From Octopus sinensis (lineage: Eukaryota), in assembly GCF_006345805.1 (NCBI RefSeq), contig NC_043006.1, positions 97,650,001 through 97,714,000 of the forward strand: a stretch of 64,000 bases of DNA. The letters run 5' to 3'. Position 1 is the stretch's first letter; each line of letters begins with the position of its first letter. The notes below the pieces were generated by a model that saw nothing but the letters and a program-made list of their open reading frames with translations, was not told where the DNA came from and did no database searches. A program made the translations under genes and the position numbers. Of this stretch, positions 1 to 12,551 are shown piece after piece.

Positions 1-602
1 TGGTGGACGCGTCTGAAAGGATTAGACAAACACTTTCCTCTCTGGTCAATCTCTCATCAACTTCTTCAAGTATCACTTGAAGAAAAAAGTGAGAGAGTAG
101 AGAGGCAAGTTTTGTCTAGTGAATGTTTTAAAAAAAGATGGGTGAATGTAGCAAGGATGGCACGTATGATGATGACGAAGCCACCTTGACTATGATTCTA
201 TGAACCGTAAAAATTAATACAGAGAGTTGCTTATTTGCAAAAAAAAAAAAAAAGAAATATAACATGTGACTTCATTGACCGAGATTACCGTGGTCTTTTC
301 CGTAGGCTTTTCTTTCCACGGGTAAACCTCACCTGTCCTCCCCTTTACACTTCATATTGACATTTCTGTGATAACGATCCCTATTGATCAATTTTTTTCC
401 TCTCCCCCTTTTTTTTTAACCCCCCCTTTTTTTTGTCCTCTTTCTCTCCTTTTACGATCCCTTTTGATCGACCCCCCTTTTTATTTTATTTTTATTTTAT
501 TTTTTTATTTTTTTATTTTTTTTTTTTTAAACCTTCAAAAGAAAGCTCTACCTTGTAATTTGTTCTATCTGTGTGCAGCCCTGTGTGGCTAATAATGAAA
601 CA
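1..602 (+). mobile_element. Tx1/L1-clade non-LTR retrotransposon 3' end (ORF2 tail plus 3' UTR), running off the window's left edge
   Basis: Near-identical to the 3' part of 1467-2384, which encodes a zf-RVT-like C-terminus; ends ...gtgtggctaataatgaaacata followed directly by (TATC)n. Confidence 0.75.
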
Positions 603-651
<49 letters not shown>

Positions 652-654
<3 letters not shown>

Positions 655-902
655 ATATTGACATTTCTGTGATAACGATCCCTATGATCATTTTTTTCCT
701 CTCCCCCCCCTTTTTTTTTTTTTTTTTTTAAACCCCCTATTTTTGTCCTCTTTCTCTCCTTTTACGATCCCTTTTGATCGAACCTCCCTCTTCCTTTTTT
801 TTTTTTTTTTTTTTTTTTTTTTCTTTAATACCTTCAAAGAAAAGCTCTACCTTGTAATTTGTTCTATCTGTGTGCAGCCCGTGTGGCTAATAAAGAAACA
901 TA
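652..902 (+). mobile_element. Second, heavily 5'-truncated copy of the same Tx1-like 3' UTR
   Basis: Matches the last ~250 bp of the 1-602 copy; same 3' end (gtggctaataaagaaacata); (TATC)n on both sides. Confidence 0.75.
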
Positions 903-929
903 TCATCTATCTATCTATCTATCTATCTC

Positions 930-1345
<416 letters not shown>

Positions 1346-1350
1346 TAATA

Positions 1351-1457
<107 letters not shown>

Positions 1458-1466
1458 CTATCTATC

Positions 1467-2384
1467 GGGCCAGGCCCATGGACAACTTCCAGAGATCCCT
1501 GGCCTGGCAGTGCTACCGAGAAGCGCTACCCGTTCGGGATAAGCTCTACAGACACGGCTCGAGACACGGGGCCGACCTGCCCGAGATGCGGTCAGAGCGA
1601 CGAAACCGTTCTGCACGCACTCGTTCAGTGTCCAACAATTTCCGACCTGTGGGCTTATGTCGAACACTGCTGTCACGTGTGGGACGAGTCGGTTTATCAG
1701 TTGAGTCTATCGTCAATATTGTCACGCCTCCTTCCTTCAAACGGGAAGGAAGAGCTATTTTCATCATCCTTGTGGCATGGCGAAAGAATGTATCTGGTGG
1801 ACGCGTCTGAAAGGATTGGAGACAACACTTTCCTCTCTGGTCAATCTCTCATCAACTTCTTCAAGTACCACTTGAAGGAAAGTGAGAGTAGAGAGGCAAG
1901 TTTTGTCTAGCGAATGTTTTAAAAAAAGATGGGTGAATGTAGCAAGAATGGCACGTATGAATGACGAAGCCACCTTGAGCATAGTCCTATGAACCCAAAT
2001 CGAAAACAGAGAGTTGCTTATTTGCAAAAAAAAAAAAAAAAAAAGAAATATAAAATGTGACTTCATTGACCGAGGTTACCGTGGTCTTTTCGTACGCTTT
2101 TCTTTCCACGGGTAAACCTCACCTGTCCTCCCTTTACACTTCATATTGACATTTCTGTGATAACGATCCCTATTGATCAATTTTTTTTCCTCTCCCCCTT
2201 TTTTTTTTTTTTTTTTTAACCCCCCCCCTTTTTTTTTGTCCTCTTTCTTCCTTTTACGATCCCTTTTGATCGAAACTCCCCTTTCCTTTTTTTTTTTTTT
2301 TTTTTTTTTAACCTTCAAAGAAAAGCTCTACCTTGTAATTTGTTCTATCTGTGTGCAGCCCTGTGTGGCTAATAAAGAAACATA
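1467..2384 (+). mobile_element. 5'-truncated Tx1/L1-clade LINE (frameshifted ORF2 C-terminus plus 3' UTR)
   Basis: Overlapping frames give DNFQRSLAWQCYREALPVRDKLYRHG and CPRCGQSDETVLHALVQC, the zf-RVT/CCHC region typical of L1/Tx1 ORF2; (TATC)n on both sides. Confidence 0.8.
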
Positions 2385-2385
<1 letters not shown>

Positions 2386-2443
<58 letters not shown>

Positions 2444-2563
2444 CTTATGCGTCTCTCTGTCTGCCTGCCTACCTACCTTCCTACCTATCTACCCACCTAC
2501 CTACCTACCTACCTACCTACCTACCTACCTGACTGACTGACTGTCTGCCTGTCTGTCTGTCTT

Positions 2564-2594
<31 letters not shown>

Positions 2595-2638
2595 TTCTCT
2601 CTCTCTCTCTCTATCTATCTATCTTTCTATCTATCTAA
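2386..2638. repeat. Compound microsatellite (TATC)n-(CCTA)n-(CTGA)n-(CTGT)n-(CT)n
   Basis: Seen directly. Confidence 0.95.
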
Positions 2639-3289
2639 TAATGGGCATCTGTCGGTTCAATGATTCAACTTACGTCGTTCAACATTTCGACTTACTGAGC
2701 TATATGCTTGAATTATGCATTGAATTAATGTGTAAGTAGCTGAACATTCTACAAACATTTTCTCTTCGTACTGTTCAGACGGAATCAATGTGAAATTGTC
2801 CAAGGCTGGACCTTTGAAATATAGGTACAATCCCTCTAGCGGACTTCTATAGGATTACCGTCGCTTCAGTCTTATCCTCAAAATTTGTATGTGTCCAAGT
2901 CTATGGTAAAAGGCATGCGTTCAATATGCTAGACAGTAGCAATGGAACCTAGAGCTCATGATGGCAAAACGAACTTCCTAACAATTTAGCTATGTGCGGT
3001 TTTCGTCTAGCAAATTCTGCATTTGTCGGCATAAAACTGCATTAGCAGACACTTGTGCAAAGTATCGTGCTGTAGGATCGAAATTCAGAACCACACGGTC
3101 TCAAAGCGGACAGCTGAACCACAGAGAAATAGCAACGTTTACAGAAATAATATACTCTGTTTATGATATAATCAAAATTATATCAATACTATAAGTTGGT
3201 GGATTTGGAGAATCTTTAGAGCTATGAAAACCATATCTTACGTTATTTCTGCTGTTTTCTTTCTATTAAGTTCGGGTTTGTTCATATTT

Positions 3290-3560
3290 CGGCTGTTAGT
3301 GGAAGTTAATAAAAGGTGAAAACAAAATATTACCTTCTCGTGTCATGCCGACGAGTAAGAGCCGGTTCCCTTGTTTCCATGGCGCATAAATACCCCACCT
3401 GGACGGGACGCTGATCCGTCGCAGGATTCCTTATTTTTGACAGCTGAGTGTACCGGGGCAACGTGAAATGAATTGTTTTACTCAAAAACACAACGCGTCG
3501 CCCGGCCCAGGAAACGAAGCCACAATTTTACGAGCATGAGTCCAACCACTAAGCCACGCT
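3290..3560 (-). mobile_element. Degenerate tRNA-derived SINE
   Basis: Minus strand begins gcgtggcttagtggttggactc...gcttcgtttcctgg (A-box/B-box-like head), followed by a conserved-looking central domain. Confidence 0.55.
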
Positions 3561-3672
3561 ACCCCAGGATAGGAACTCTTAGTAAAGCATACATACATAC
3601 ATACATACATACATACATACATACATACATACATACATACATACATACATACATACATACATACATAGATAC

Positions 3673-3715
<43 letters not shown>

Positions 3716-3855
3716 TTATAATTTAGGGTATCTAAGAAATACCACTACGCTGGAAATAGCAGCCAAAACTTGACTCTAAAACCACATTAAATATTCATAC
3801 AGCACCAGGAGAGAAGACAAAGAGACAAAATAAACTATCAAACAATTACTGGATA

Positions 3856-3913
3856 ATTCCAGATCCCGGATTTCTTGCTCTGCTTAAGAAATGCTTTGCC
3901 TCATCAGTGGAAT
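3856..3913 (-). ncRNA. Hammerhead-ribozyme-like motif (type I), irregular helix II
   Basis: Minus strand ATTCCA-CTGATGA-GGC...GCAA-GAAAT-CCGGG-ATC-TGGAAT: 6-bp helix I, canonical CUGAUGA and GAAA, AUC triplet. Confidence 0.55.
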
Positions 3914-3934
3914 ATACTCAGATAGCACATAAAT

Positions 3935-3985
<51 letters not shown>

Positions 3986-4574
3986 ATATATATATATATA
4001 TATTATATATATATATATTATATATATATATACATATAAAACATACGAATACTTACATACGCGAACGTATACATACATATATATGCACGTATGCACACGA
4101 CCAGTTTAAATTGCCCGCCTAAAACTCCTCGTGCGATATGGTAAAAAATACCACTGCAGTGAATATAACGACGAAATAAATGTATAAATTTATATAAATA
4201 AGGATAAGATCGATATTTAATTACCGATCTTATCAAGTGGCCAGCATGGGAATAAAAACCTTGAAAGGTAATAATTGTTATTAAAATTATGATTTAGGGT
4301 ATCTAAGAGATACCACAACGCTGGAAATAGCAGCCAGAACTTGACTCTAAAACCAAACATTACACAGAAAGTAGAGATACAATATAGTTTCATTAACTGA
4401 GTCGCAAGAAATTAACAAATTAGGCAACATTTTGACTTTAGAGATGTTGACTGTCCGTTTACCATCTTTTTCGATGTTAGAAACAATGGTAAGCAGCTTA
4501 AGTAATGTATAATTTCGAACAACGGAACCATCCACGACAGCAACTAAGTAACTAAGCATATTACCGGTGTTCTA

Positions 4575-4911
4575 GTGGAGGCGCAATGGCCCAGTGGTTA
4601 GGGCAGCGGACTCGCGGTTTCGATTCCCAGACCGGGCGTTGTGAGTGTTTATTGAGCGAAAACACCTAAAGCTCCACGAGGCTCCGGCAGGGGATGGTGG
4701 TGATCCCTGCTGTATTCTTTCTCCACAACTTTCTCTCACTCTTACTTCCTGTTTCTGTTGTATCTGTATTTCAAAGAGCCGGCCTTGTCACTCTCTGTGT
4801 CACGCTGAATATCCCCGAGAACTACGTTAAGGGTACACGTGTCTGTGGAGTGCTCAGCCACTTACACGTTAATTTCACGAGCAGGCTGTTCCGTTGATTC
4901 GGATCAACCGG
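4575..4911 (+). mobile_element. tRNA-derived SINE
   Basis: Head gtggaggcgcaatggcccagtggttagggcagcggactcgcgg...tttcgattcc with Pol III A/B boxes; second copy inverted immediately downstream. Confidence 0.8.
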
Positions 4912-5105
4912 AACAGGAAGTAAGAGTGAGAGAAAGTTGTGGAGAAAGAGTACAGCAGGGATCACCACCATCCCCTGCCGGAGCCTCGTGGAGCTTTTAG
5001 GTGTTTTCGCTCAATAAACACTCACAACGCCCGGTCTGGGAATCGAAACCGCGATCCTATGACCGCGAGTCCGCTGCCCTAACCACTGGGCCATTGCGCC
5101 TCCAC
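4912..5105 (-). mobile_element. Inverted 5' half of the same SINE, fused tail-to-tail with the + copy
   Basis: Reverse complement of 4575-4753 except for a 14-bp indel and 1-2 substitutions. Confidence 0.85.
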
Positions 5106-5529
5106 ACTCATATACTACAAACACTAAGGTTGAAGACTTTCTGGTCAGTAAGATACCACCAGCATGTAAATGTGTGACTAAACTACTATTAAACAACGAG
5201 ATTTATAATTTTGATTGCAAACTCCAAACTTTTAAGGTTCATGACTCTAACTGTTACATGGACCATATTTGTGCAACATAAATTTACTGACAACACATAT
5301 AACAAAGGGAAATATAATGAACTACAGCAGGAAAAACTGAATTGGAAGACAATCCGACGATATTCTAGAGAAGTGAAAATAGAAATAAAAGTAAACGATT
5401 AACGATGGAAGAAATATTCAAAGTCTAATCATAAGCTGAAAACAAAATAGTTTCGCAAGCGTTAGATATCTTAGGAAATTAATTCAATTAAAAAGACGAA
5501 TTCACATTCATCCATGATAGACATATATA

Positions 5530-6802
5530 CGAGGGGCGTTCAATAAGTAATGCCCCTGACCCACTTCCCATAGCAGTAGAGCAACGGAACTTGGCACAGT
5601 TATTAGTCTTTTTCTACCTAGGAACCACCCAGAGTTATGCATTTCTCACATCGTTTGATGCAGCTCTGAAGACCGTTTTTGTAGAAGACCCCAGCTTGGT
5701 CCTCCAACCACGACGTGACTTCAGAAATCAATGCTGCATCATCTGGAAAACGCTTTCCTTTCAAAAACAACTTCATGGTTGGGAAAAGGTGAAAATCAGA
5801 GGGTGCAAGGTCAAGAGAGTAGGGGGGGTGAGTTCATAGCCGCACGCCTGTGCTTCTGATCTGGCGATACGCGAGTTGTGAACCGGAGCGTTGTCCTGCA
5901 AGAGGAGGATGCCTTTGCTGATCTTGCCCCGCCTCTTGATTCTGATAGCTTCTCTTAATTTCCTCAAAAGTGAAGCATAATAAGCTCCTGTAATTGTGGC
6001 ATCCTTTGCCAGGAAATCTGTCATCAGTACTCCGTCCTGGTCCCAGAAGACTGTGAGCATGACCTTGCCAGCAGAGAGCTGCACCCTTGCCTTCTTTGGA
6101 GGAGGTAAGTCACGGTGTGTCCACTGCATTGACAGTGCTTTGGTATCTGGATCATAGTGATGGACTCAGGTTTCATCCTGTGTAATCAGTCTTTTGAAAA
6201 CTTTTGACTCATCTTCTTGGCACATCTCCAAATTCATCCTCGAGCAATCGATTCGTTCTTGCTTCTGGAAAGGTGTGAGCAACCTGCGAATCCATATGGC
6301 AGCCAGATTTTGCATATGCAAATGGTCATTAGTTTCCACAGACCCGGTACTAATCTTGACCTCATGGGCTATTTGGCGTATAGTTATGCGCCGATCTTCC
6401 AAAATGGGAGCCTCAACATGACGGACAGATGCCTCATCAATGGCAGAAGGGGGCGACTAGATCTGGGAGCTGTTTCCACAGAGTTGCGACCATGTTTGAA
6501 TTCACGATGCCAGCATTTGACAAGGTCATATGATGGGGCATCATCACCATAAGTTACTTTCATTTCATCAAAAGTCTCCCGTGGTGTGCGTTCTTTCAAA
6601 TACAAAAACCGGATCACTGCTCGACACTCAACAGGCTCCATTTCACACTTGACTCAGTTCAAACACCTGTAAATCAGAAACCACAATTAGTTCAGAGCTG
6701 TGATTTGCCACTTAATCTATAAAGATATAAATAATTGTACATGCAAAATTTCTGCAAATAACTGCAAGTGGGTCAGAAGCATTACTTATTGAACGCCCCT
6801 CG
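5530..6802 (-). mobile_element. Full-length mariner (Tc1/mariner DD34D) element, 1273 bp, irritans-type TIR
   Basis: TIRs CGAGGGGCGTTCAATAAGTAATGC at both ends; TA target duplications at 5528-5529 and 6803-6804; CGAGGGG termini resemble Hsmar2/Bytmar1-type elements. Confidence 0.92.
5603..6641 (-). pseudogene. Mariner transposase pseudogene (several frameshifts)
   Basis: Pieces MEPVECRAVIRFLYLK...APSYDLVKCWHREFK, KRLITQDET, QLSAGKVMLTVFWDQDG, LLLQDNAPVH, and the C-terminus FYKNGLQSCIKRCEKCITLGG lie in different frames. Confidence 0.9.
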
Positions 6803-6824
6803 TATATTTAAAAGAAGTGTGTGC

Positions 6825-6862
<38 letters not shown>

Positions 6863-7055
6863 TGATACATGTGTTTGTTTTGTACTCCACCTGTCTTCGT
6901 CTTTTGTTTTTTTTAATAAATTCTCCCTCCCTCTCTCTATCTCTCTCTCTATATATATATACATACATACATATGTACATATATGTGATCTCGTGTGTAC
7001 CGTTGGCGATTTTTTTCCCTCTGTCTTCCCTTCTCTGGATCTTTCCTTTTCCTAT

Positions 7056-7090
7056 GTTTCTGACGAAGAGCTCCGCTCGAAACGTTAAAC
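7056..7090 (+). ncRNA. Minimal type I hammerhead ribozyme with an extra A after A9
   Basis: GTTT-CTGACGA-A-GAGC(TCC)GCTC-GAAA-C-GT-T-AAAC: helix I GTTT/AAAC, helix II GAGC/GCTC, loopless palindromic helix III (ACGT), GUU triplet. Confidence 0.7.
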
Positions 7091-7187
7091 CCTCATTCTT
7101 TCCCTCTTTCCTGAGCGTCCAATAATACTATATTTGTTCCACGTCCTCGCGTTGTTGTGTTTTTTTGTGCTTTCTTGTTTGGATTAA

Positions 7188-7329
7188 CTTTATATATATA
7201 TATACATATATACATATGTATATATATATATATATATACATATATATATGTATATATATATACATATATACATATATATATATGTATATATATATATATC
7301 TATATATATATAATATATATATGTATATA

Positions 7330-7381
<52 letters not shown>

Positions 7382-7382
7382 C

Positions 7383-7433
<51 letters not shown>

Positions 7434-7444
7434 CATACATATAC

Positions 7445-7500
<56 letters not shown>
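7188..7500. repeat. Long interrupted (TA)n microsatellite
   Basis: Seen directly; source of the YIYI ORFs. Confidence 0.95.
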
Positions 7501-7501
<1 letters not shown>

Positions 7502-8161
7502 CACGACGGTCATCTTTCAGCTTCTGTCTATTACATCCACTAACAAGGCTTTGGCCATCCGAAGTCATAGTACAGGACACAAGTCCAAGCTATCAGAACG
7601 ATTTGGTTTTGGAGCAAACTTCTTACCACACAGCCACCTACTGTCCCTTAAGACCATATCTAGATAAATGAAAAAGCTTTGGGACCATGATTCCAGTCGA
7701 TGATGACCAAAAGACGCAACAGAATTTTAGACGACATTAAAACCACTGGGACTAATAGTACTATTGCTACCATCTCGGATATTTTTCTTCATGAAACAAG
7801 CACCCGCAATAGTGACAGAACTCTACTCTAGGTAGCATTGTAACACGGGGCATAGAGGAAGAACTGGATAAGGAAAGCTCAATAAAAGAGACTGCTGCCA
7901 TCGTCATTTGATTGGCAGTGGTAATCTATTTCTGGAGGTCAAACTTGCCTTTAAAAAGAACACGGAAAAACAATAACAAAAAAAACACACACAAAAGAAC
8001 AAGATAATAAACAAATTAATAATCGGAGATGTACTCGCATAGCAAGTAATTTGATCTGAGATCGTGTGCTGAAACGAAAACAATTGCAGCGTGGAAGGTG
8101 TTTGTAAGCCATTTAAGAAACACACAAAAGCCATTCGATTCACTTCAACATTTAAGTTTAA

Positions 8162-8211
8162 TTTGTCAAAATATTTTCGTCGCTAAAATCCGCGACCTGT
8201 TCACTGACAAA
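8162..8211 (-). ncRNA. Type I hammerhead ribozyme variant with a G3-C8 core
   Basis: Minus strand TTTGTCA-GTGAACA-G-GTCGC(GGATTTTA)GCGAC-GAAA-ATAT-T-T-TGACAAA: 7-bp helix I, 5-bp helix II, palindromic helix III AATATT. Confidence 0.7.
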
Positions 8212-8231
8212 AATCCGTGCTTAATAATCCT

Positions 8232-8408
8232 TTCTACTATAGGCACAAGGCCTGAATTTTGGTGAGGGGAGAGTATTTAATTATATCGACTCCGATGTTT
8301 CACTAGTACTTAATCTATCGGCTGAGTTTGAACTCAGAACGTAAAAACGAGGGAAATGCTACTAAGGATTTTGCCGAGAGTGCTAAAGATTCTGCCAGCA
8401 CGCCGCCG
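8232..8408 (-). mobile_element. Degenerate, internally deleted copy of SINE family B
   Basis: Minus strand ggcggcgtgctggcagaatc...ttctgagttcaaactc resembles 33036-33278 and 48182-48701. Confidence 0.6.
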
Positions 8409-8442
8409 TAATAAACAAATTAGTAGTCATGTGTTATCGTTT

Positions 8443-9045
8443 ATCGTTTAATTGTTTCAGTCATTAGACTGAAGAATTTTTAGCCGAAGAAATCGGTCCC
8501 AGTCCTATTTAATTTTTGAAAAGTCATGTACCTATTATATCGATCAAATTTGCCGAACCGCAAATTTTACGGGAACGTGAAGACGGTTGTCAAGCGGTGT
8601 TGTTAGAAAACACAAACACAACGACACGCAAACACACATACAAACGCACGCGCAGACCCCCGCACATGCACGGTAAGCTTCTTTCAATTTCTGTCAACCA
8701 AATCCACTTCAAAGGCTTTGGTCAGCCAGTGTCTATCGTAGAAGACACTTGGCAAGGGTGCCACGCAGTGGAATTTAGCTCAGAACCAAGTGATTGTGAA
8801 GCAAGCGTCTTACCACATAGCCATGCTTGCGACTATTCTTTTCTCATTTTTTTTTCTTCTTTTACTCTTTTACTTGTTTCAGTTATCTGACTCCGGCCAT
8901 GCTGGAGCACCACCTTTAATCGAGAAAATCGATCCCCGGACTTATTCGTTGTAAGCCTAGTACTTATTCTATCGGACTCTTTTGCCGAACCACTAAGTTA
9001 CAGGGACTTATATACAATAGCATCGTTTGTCAAGCGATGTTGTGG
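8443..9045 (-). mobile_element. Degenerate copy and extra tail fragment of SINE family A
   Basis: Reverse-complement similarity to 25997-26408. Confidence 0.55.
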
Positions 9046-9314
9046 GGCACAACATATATACAGAGAGAGAGAGAGAGAGACGGGGGAGAAGATAAGAAAT
9101 GGAGCAATAATTAACAATGAGAAGTGGCTCATTGTTGTTTAAAAGCCATTATTGTTCCATTTCTTATCTTCTCTATATATATTAAACCACGCTTTTACCT
9201 TTAGATTACCTACTACCGTATGCCTTATAACGAGGACTATATATATAGTGAGGTAATACACGAGGAGTGCCTACGGATACATCTATCCCTTAGATGGTTG
9301 CATAACCTCTAACT

Positions 9315-9406
<92 letters not shown>

Positions 9407-9460
9407 TACATACATAATACATAATACATACATACATACATACATATATTTATATATCAG

Positions 9461-9808
9461 AATAAGCAACAAGATATCCAGAGGTAATGCAGTACGATAA
9501 TTTCAAGCGACTCCATTTAATTGAACAATGCAACCATTACATCAGTCGAAATGCAGAGCAATCCTCAGCTGCCTGAATACATAGAAGTGAAGACAGTATG
9601 TTCTTTGTCTATCCCCATATACTTTCTTGGATGTTTTAGTTAAAATTACACTAATGTGTCCATCTGTTTTACATTAATTTAATTATATGCATTTAGGCAG
9701 CTGAGGATTGCTCTGCATTTAAATTGATGTAATGGTTGCATTGTTCAATGAAATGGAATCGCTTGAAACGATCGTACTGCATTACCTCTGGATATCCTGG
9801 TGCTTATT
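9461..9808. repeat. Inverted repeat with ~120-bp arms (9461-9583 / ~9686-9808), each carrying a hammerhead-like motif; PLE pseudo-LTR-like
   Basis: Arms align at roughly 90%. Confidence 0.85.
9697..9780 (+). ncRNA. Hammerhead-like motif with long helix II (mirror copy at 9489-9572 on the minus strand)
   Basis: GCAG-CTGAGGA-[57 nt]-GAAAC-GATC-GTA-CTGC: helix I GCAG/CTGC, palindromic helix III ACGATCGT, GUA triplet; base of helix II is U/U-mismatched. Confidence 0.6.
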
Positions 9809-9966
9809 TTGTCTTTAATCACTTTATTTTGAAACTGTATGGATAGTACTGTACTACATTATGGTGCTTGAACTTAAGTACCTAATTCAAATATATATAT
9901 ATAATTCAGGGTGAATACTTGATAAATGTAAGCACCTGTATATGCCAGCTAGTAGCATAGGTGAGA

Positions 9967-10160
9967 GGTATTGTTTATAATGGTAGGTAAACCGAGTATC
10001 ACTGGGAAAGTATGTTTGTAAATCTTCATAGGCGTACATGGTATTATTAGACTCCAAAACAAATCGTCTATACTGTTTTCTCACTCAATATAGATTATTC
10101 TATATTTACAAACATACTTTCCCAGTGATACTCGGTTTACCTACCATTATAAACAATACC
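9967..10160. repeat. Perfect 57-bp inverted repeat (9967-10023 / 10104-10160), 80-bp spacer
   Basis: Exact reverse complement verified by reading. Confidence 0.9.
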
Positions 10161-10350
10161 AAATGTTTTTTCTCAAACCTTTCAGAATGTGATACAAGTC
10201 TTTGGTGTAGCAATTGCATGCGGCTGAAGAGGGCTTTTGAACTATCTGTTATGTCGATTATGCATTGATGTAAGAATAAGTTGTTCCATAAAGCTCGAAA
10301 CATATGTACCGCATCATCCTTTGTGTCCTGTTTTTCATTTATTTCATTTG

Positions 10351-10436
<86 letters not shown>

Positions 10437-10604
10437 CGACGACCTTCCAGTTTCTGTTTAGCAAATCCACTCACAAGTGAGGCTATAGTAGAAAACATTT
10501 GCCCAAGGTATCACATAGTGGGACTGAACCCGGAACGATGTTGTTCGTAAGCAAGCTACTAACCGCACAGCAACTCCTGCGCCTATGTGAATGATTTTAA
10601 AATG

Positions 10605-10715
<111 letters not shown>

Positions 10716-12349
10716 GTTTGTGTGTATACACACATATGTGTGTATTTCCGCCTGTGATTGTGAGATTGTATATAGAGCAAATCATTGCGCTTAACAAAAA
10801 GTACCTAATCGTATTTACGCCACTAAATAAATGTAACGAAATACGAAACTCGTGTAGCAATACGATAAACAGAATTCATCAGAAGATAAGTACACGTGTT
10901 GAAATATTTTACCAATACCCTTGAAGGAATTATTGCTCCAGTTTGACCACAGTCCAGCAACAAATAGCGTAGCGAGAATAAAAGAATAAACGAATGAAAT
11001 ATATTCCCGATCGAGGAATAATTTCTTGAGGTTTGGTGTTATATTTTCAACAAATCAAGCTTACAAGATACATCGGTGACTACAAATATTTAAGAACAAA
11101 TATTTAGGAAAGTAGAACAAATAGAATCATTTACTGTACACAGCCGTTTACACACCAGATATGGCTTCAAAGTAATAGCAGAACAATAAGAAGACAAATT
11201 AAAAAAGGAACGAATTGTTGCATGCGCAATTCAATGAAAATTTAACAAAAATACGAAATATAACATTCACTGAGACATAGACCACATGCACATAAATATT
11301 ACAACATAGTGTAGATACACACACACACACAGACACACAGACACACAGACGCAGTGTCTCTCTCACCCTCTCTCTCATTCTCTCACCCCCTCTTTGTCTC
11401 CCACGTATACACACACTCCAACTTACAGGCAGATTATATGCTTCAATATATTTTTATACACCTCTATAATCCGCGCTCACCTACGAATGTTGCGTCGGTG
11501 TAGGTATGTATGTCTGTATGTGTGTGTATATATATATATATATGTACATATGTGTATATATATACATATACATATATATATATATTTGAATTTGGAATAT
11601 TTTTATATAAATACGTATATATATGTACATATAGTATGTATATATATATATATTATATATATATATGTATGTATACGTATATATATATACATATACATAT
11701 ATATTATATATATATATATATAATCATATATTAAATTACATATATACAGTCATACACATAAATGTATGTATATTGTGTACGTGAATACAAACGTAGATAC
11801 CCACACACATAAGCAAGGAAACACAAATAGAGGTACATCCATACACATACTTGTGATGCTGTGAAACTTAGTAACATACGCGTGCAAGCAACCCATATAT
11901 ATATATATATATGTATGTATGTATATGTATAAAGATTTGTGTGTGCGTGTGTGTGTCACACATAGATGTGTTGTTTCTGTGTATGTTATGTGTATAACTT
12001 TAGGAAGACATAATACTCCACTGAAGTGGAAGTACACGAATGTATAGACAGGAAAATATCAAAAATATATATTTTCTATCTGCCAATGCACAGCAATTTC
12101 TACTCTTCACCAACCCGCCTTCAACTCTAGGCCTTTGAAGCTCCTGGAATCGTTTAATGTTCACTTTTAAACTAAAACTTTACCAACCTAAAACACGTAT
12201 TGTTTATTCTAACGAAAAAGAAATATTTTTGTATGATTGCTCACACTTTTTTCTACCCTATCTACATGGTCCTTAATAATTGTGTAAACATCCTATGTTT
12301 GTCTGCTAGCTAGTGCATATTATCGGCATGTAAACACACGAATACACAA

Positions 12350-12386
<37 letters not shown>

Positions 12387-12449
12387 ATATATATATATAT
12401 ATATATACATGTATATATATGTATATATGTATATATAAGTATATGTATA

Positions 12450-12482
<33 letters not shown>

Positions 12483-12507
12483 TTATATACATACATACAC
12501 ACACACA

Positions 12508-12551
<44 letters not shown>

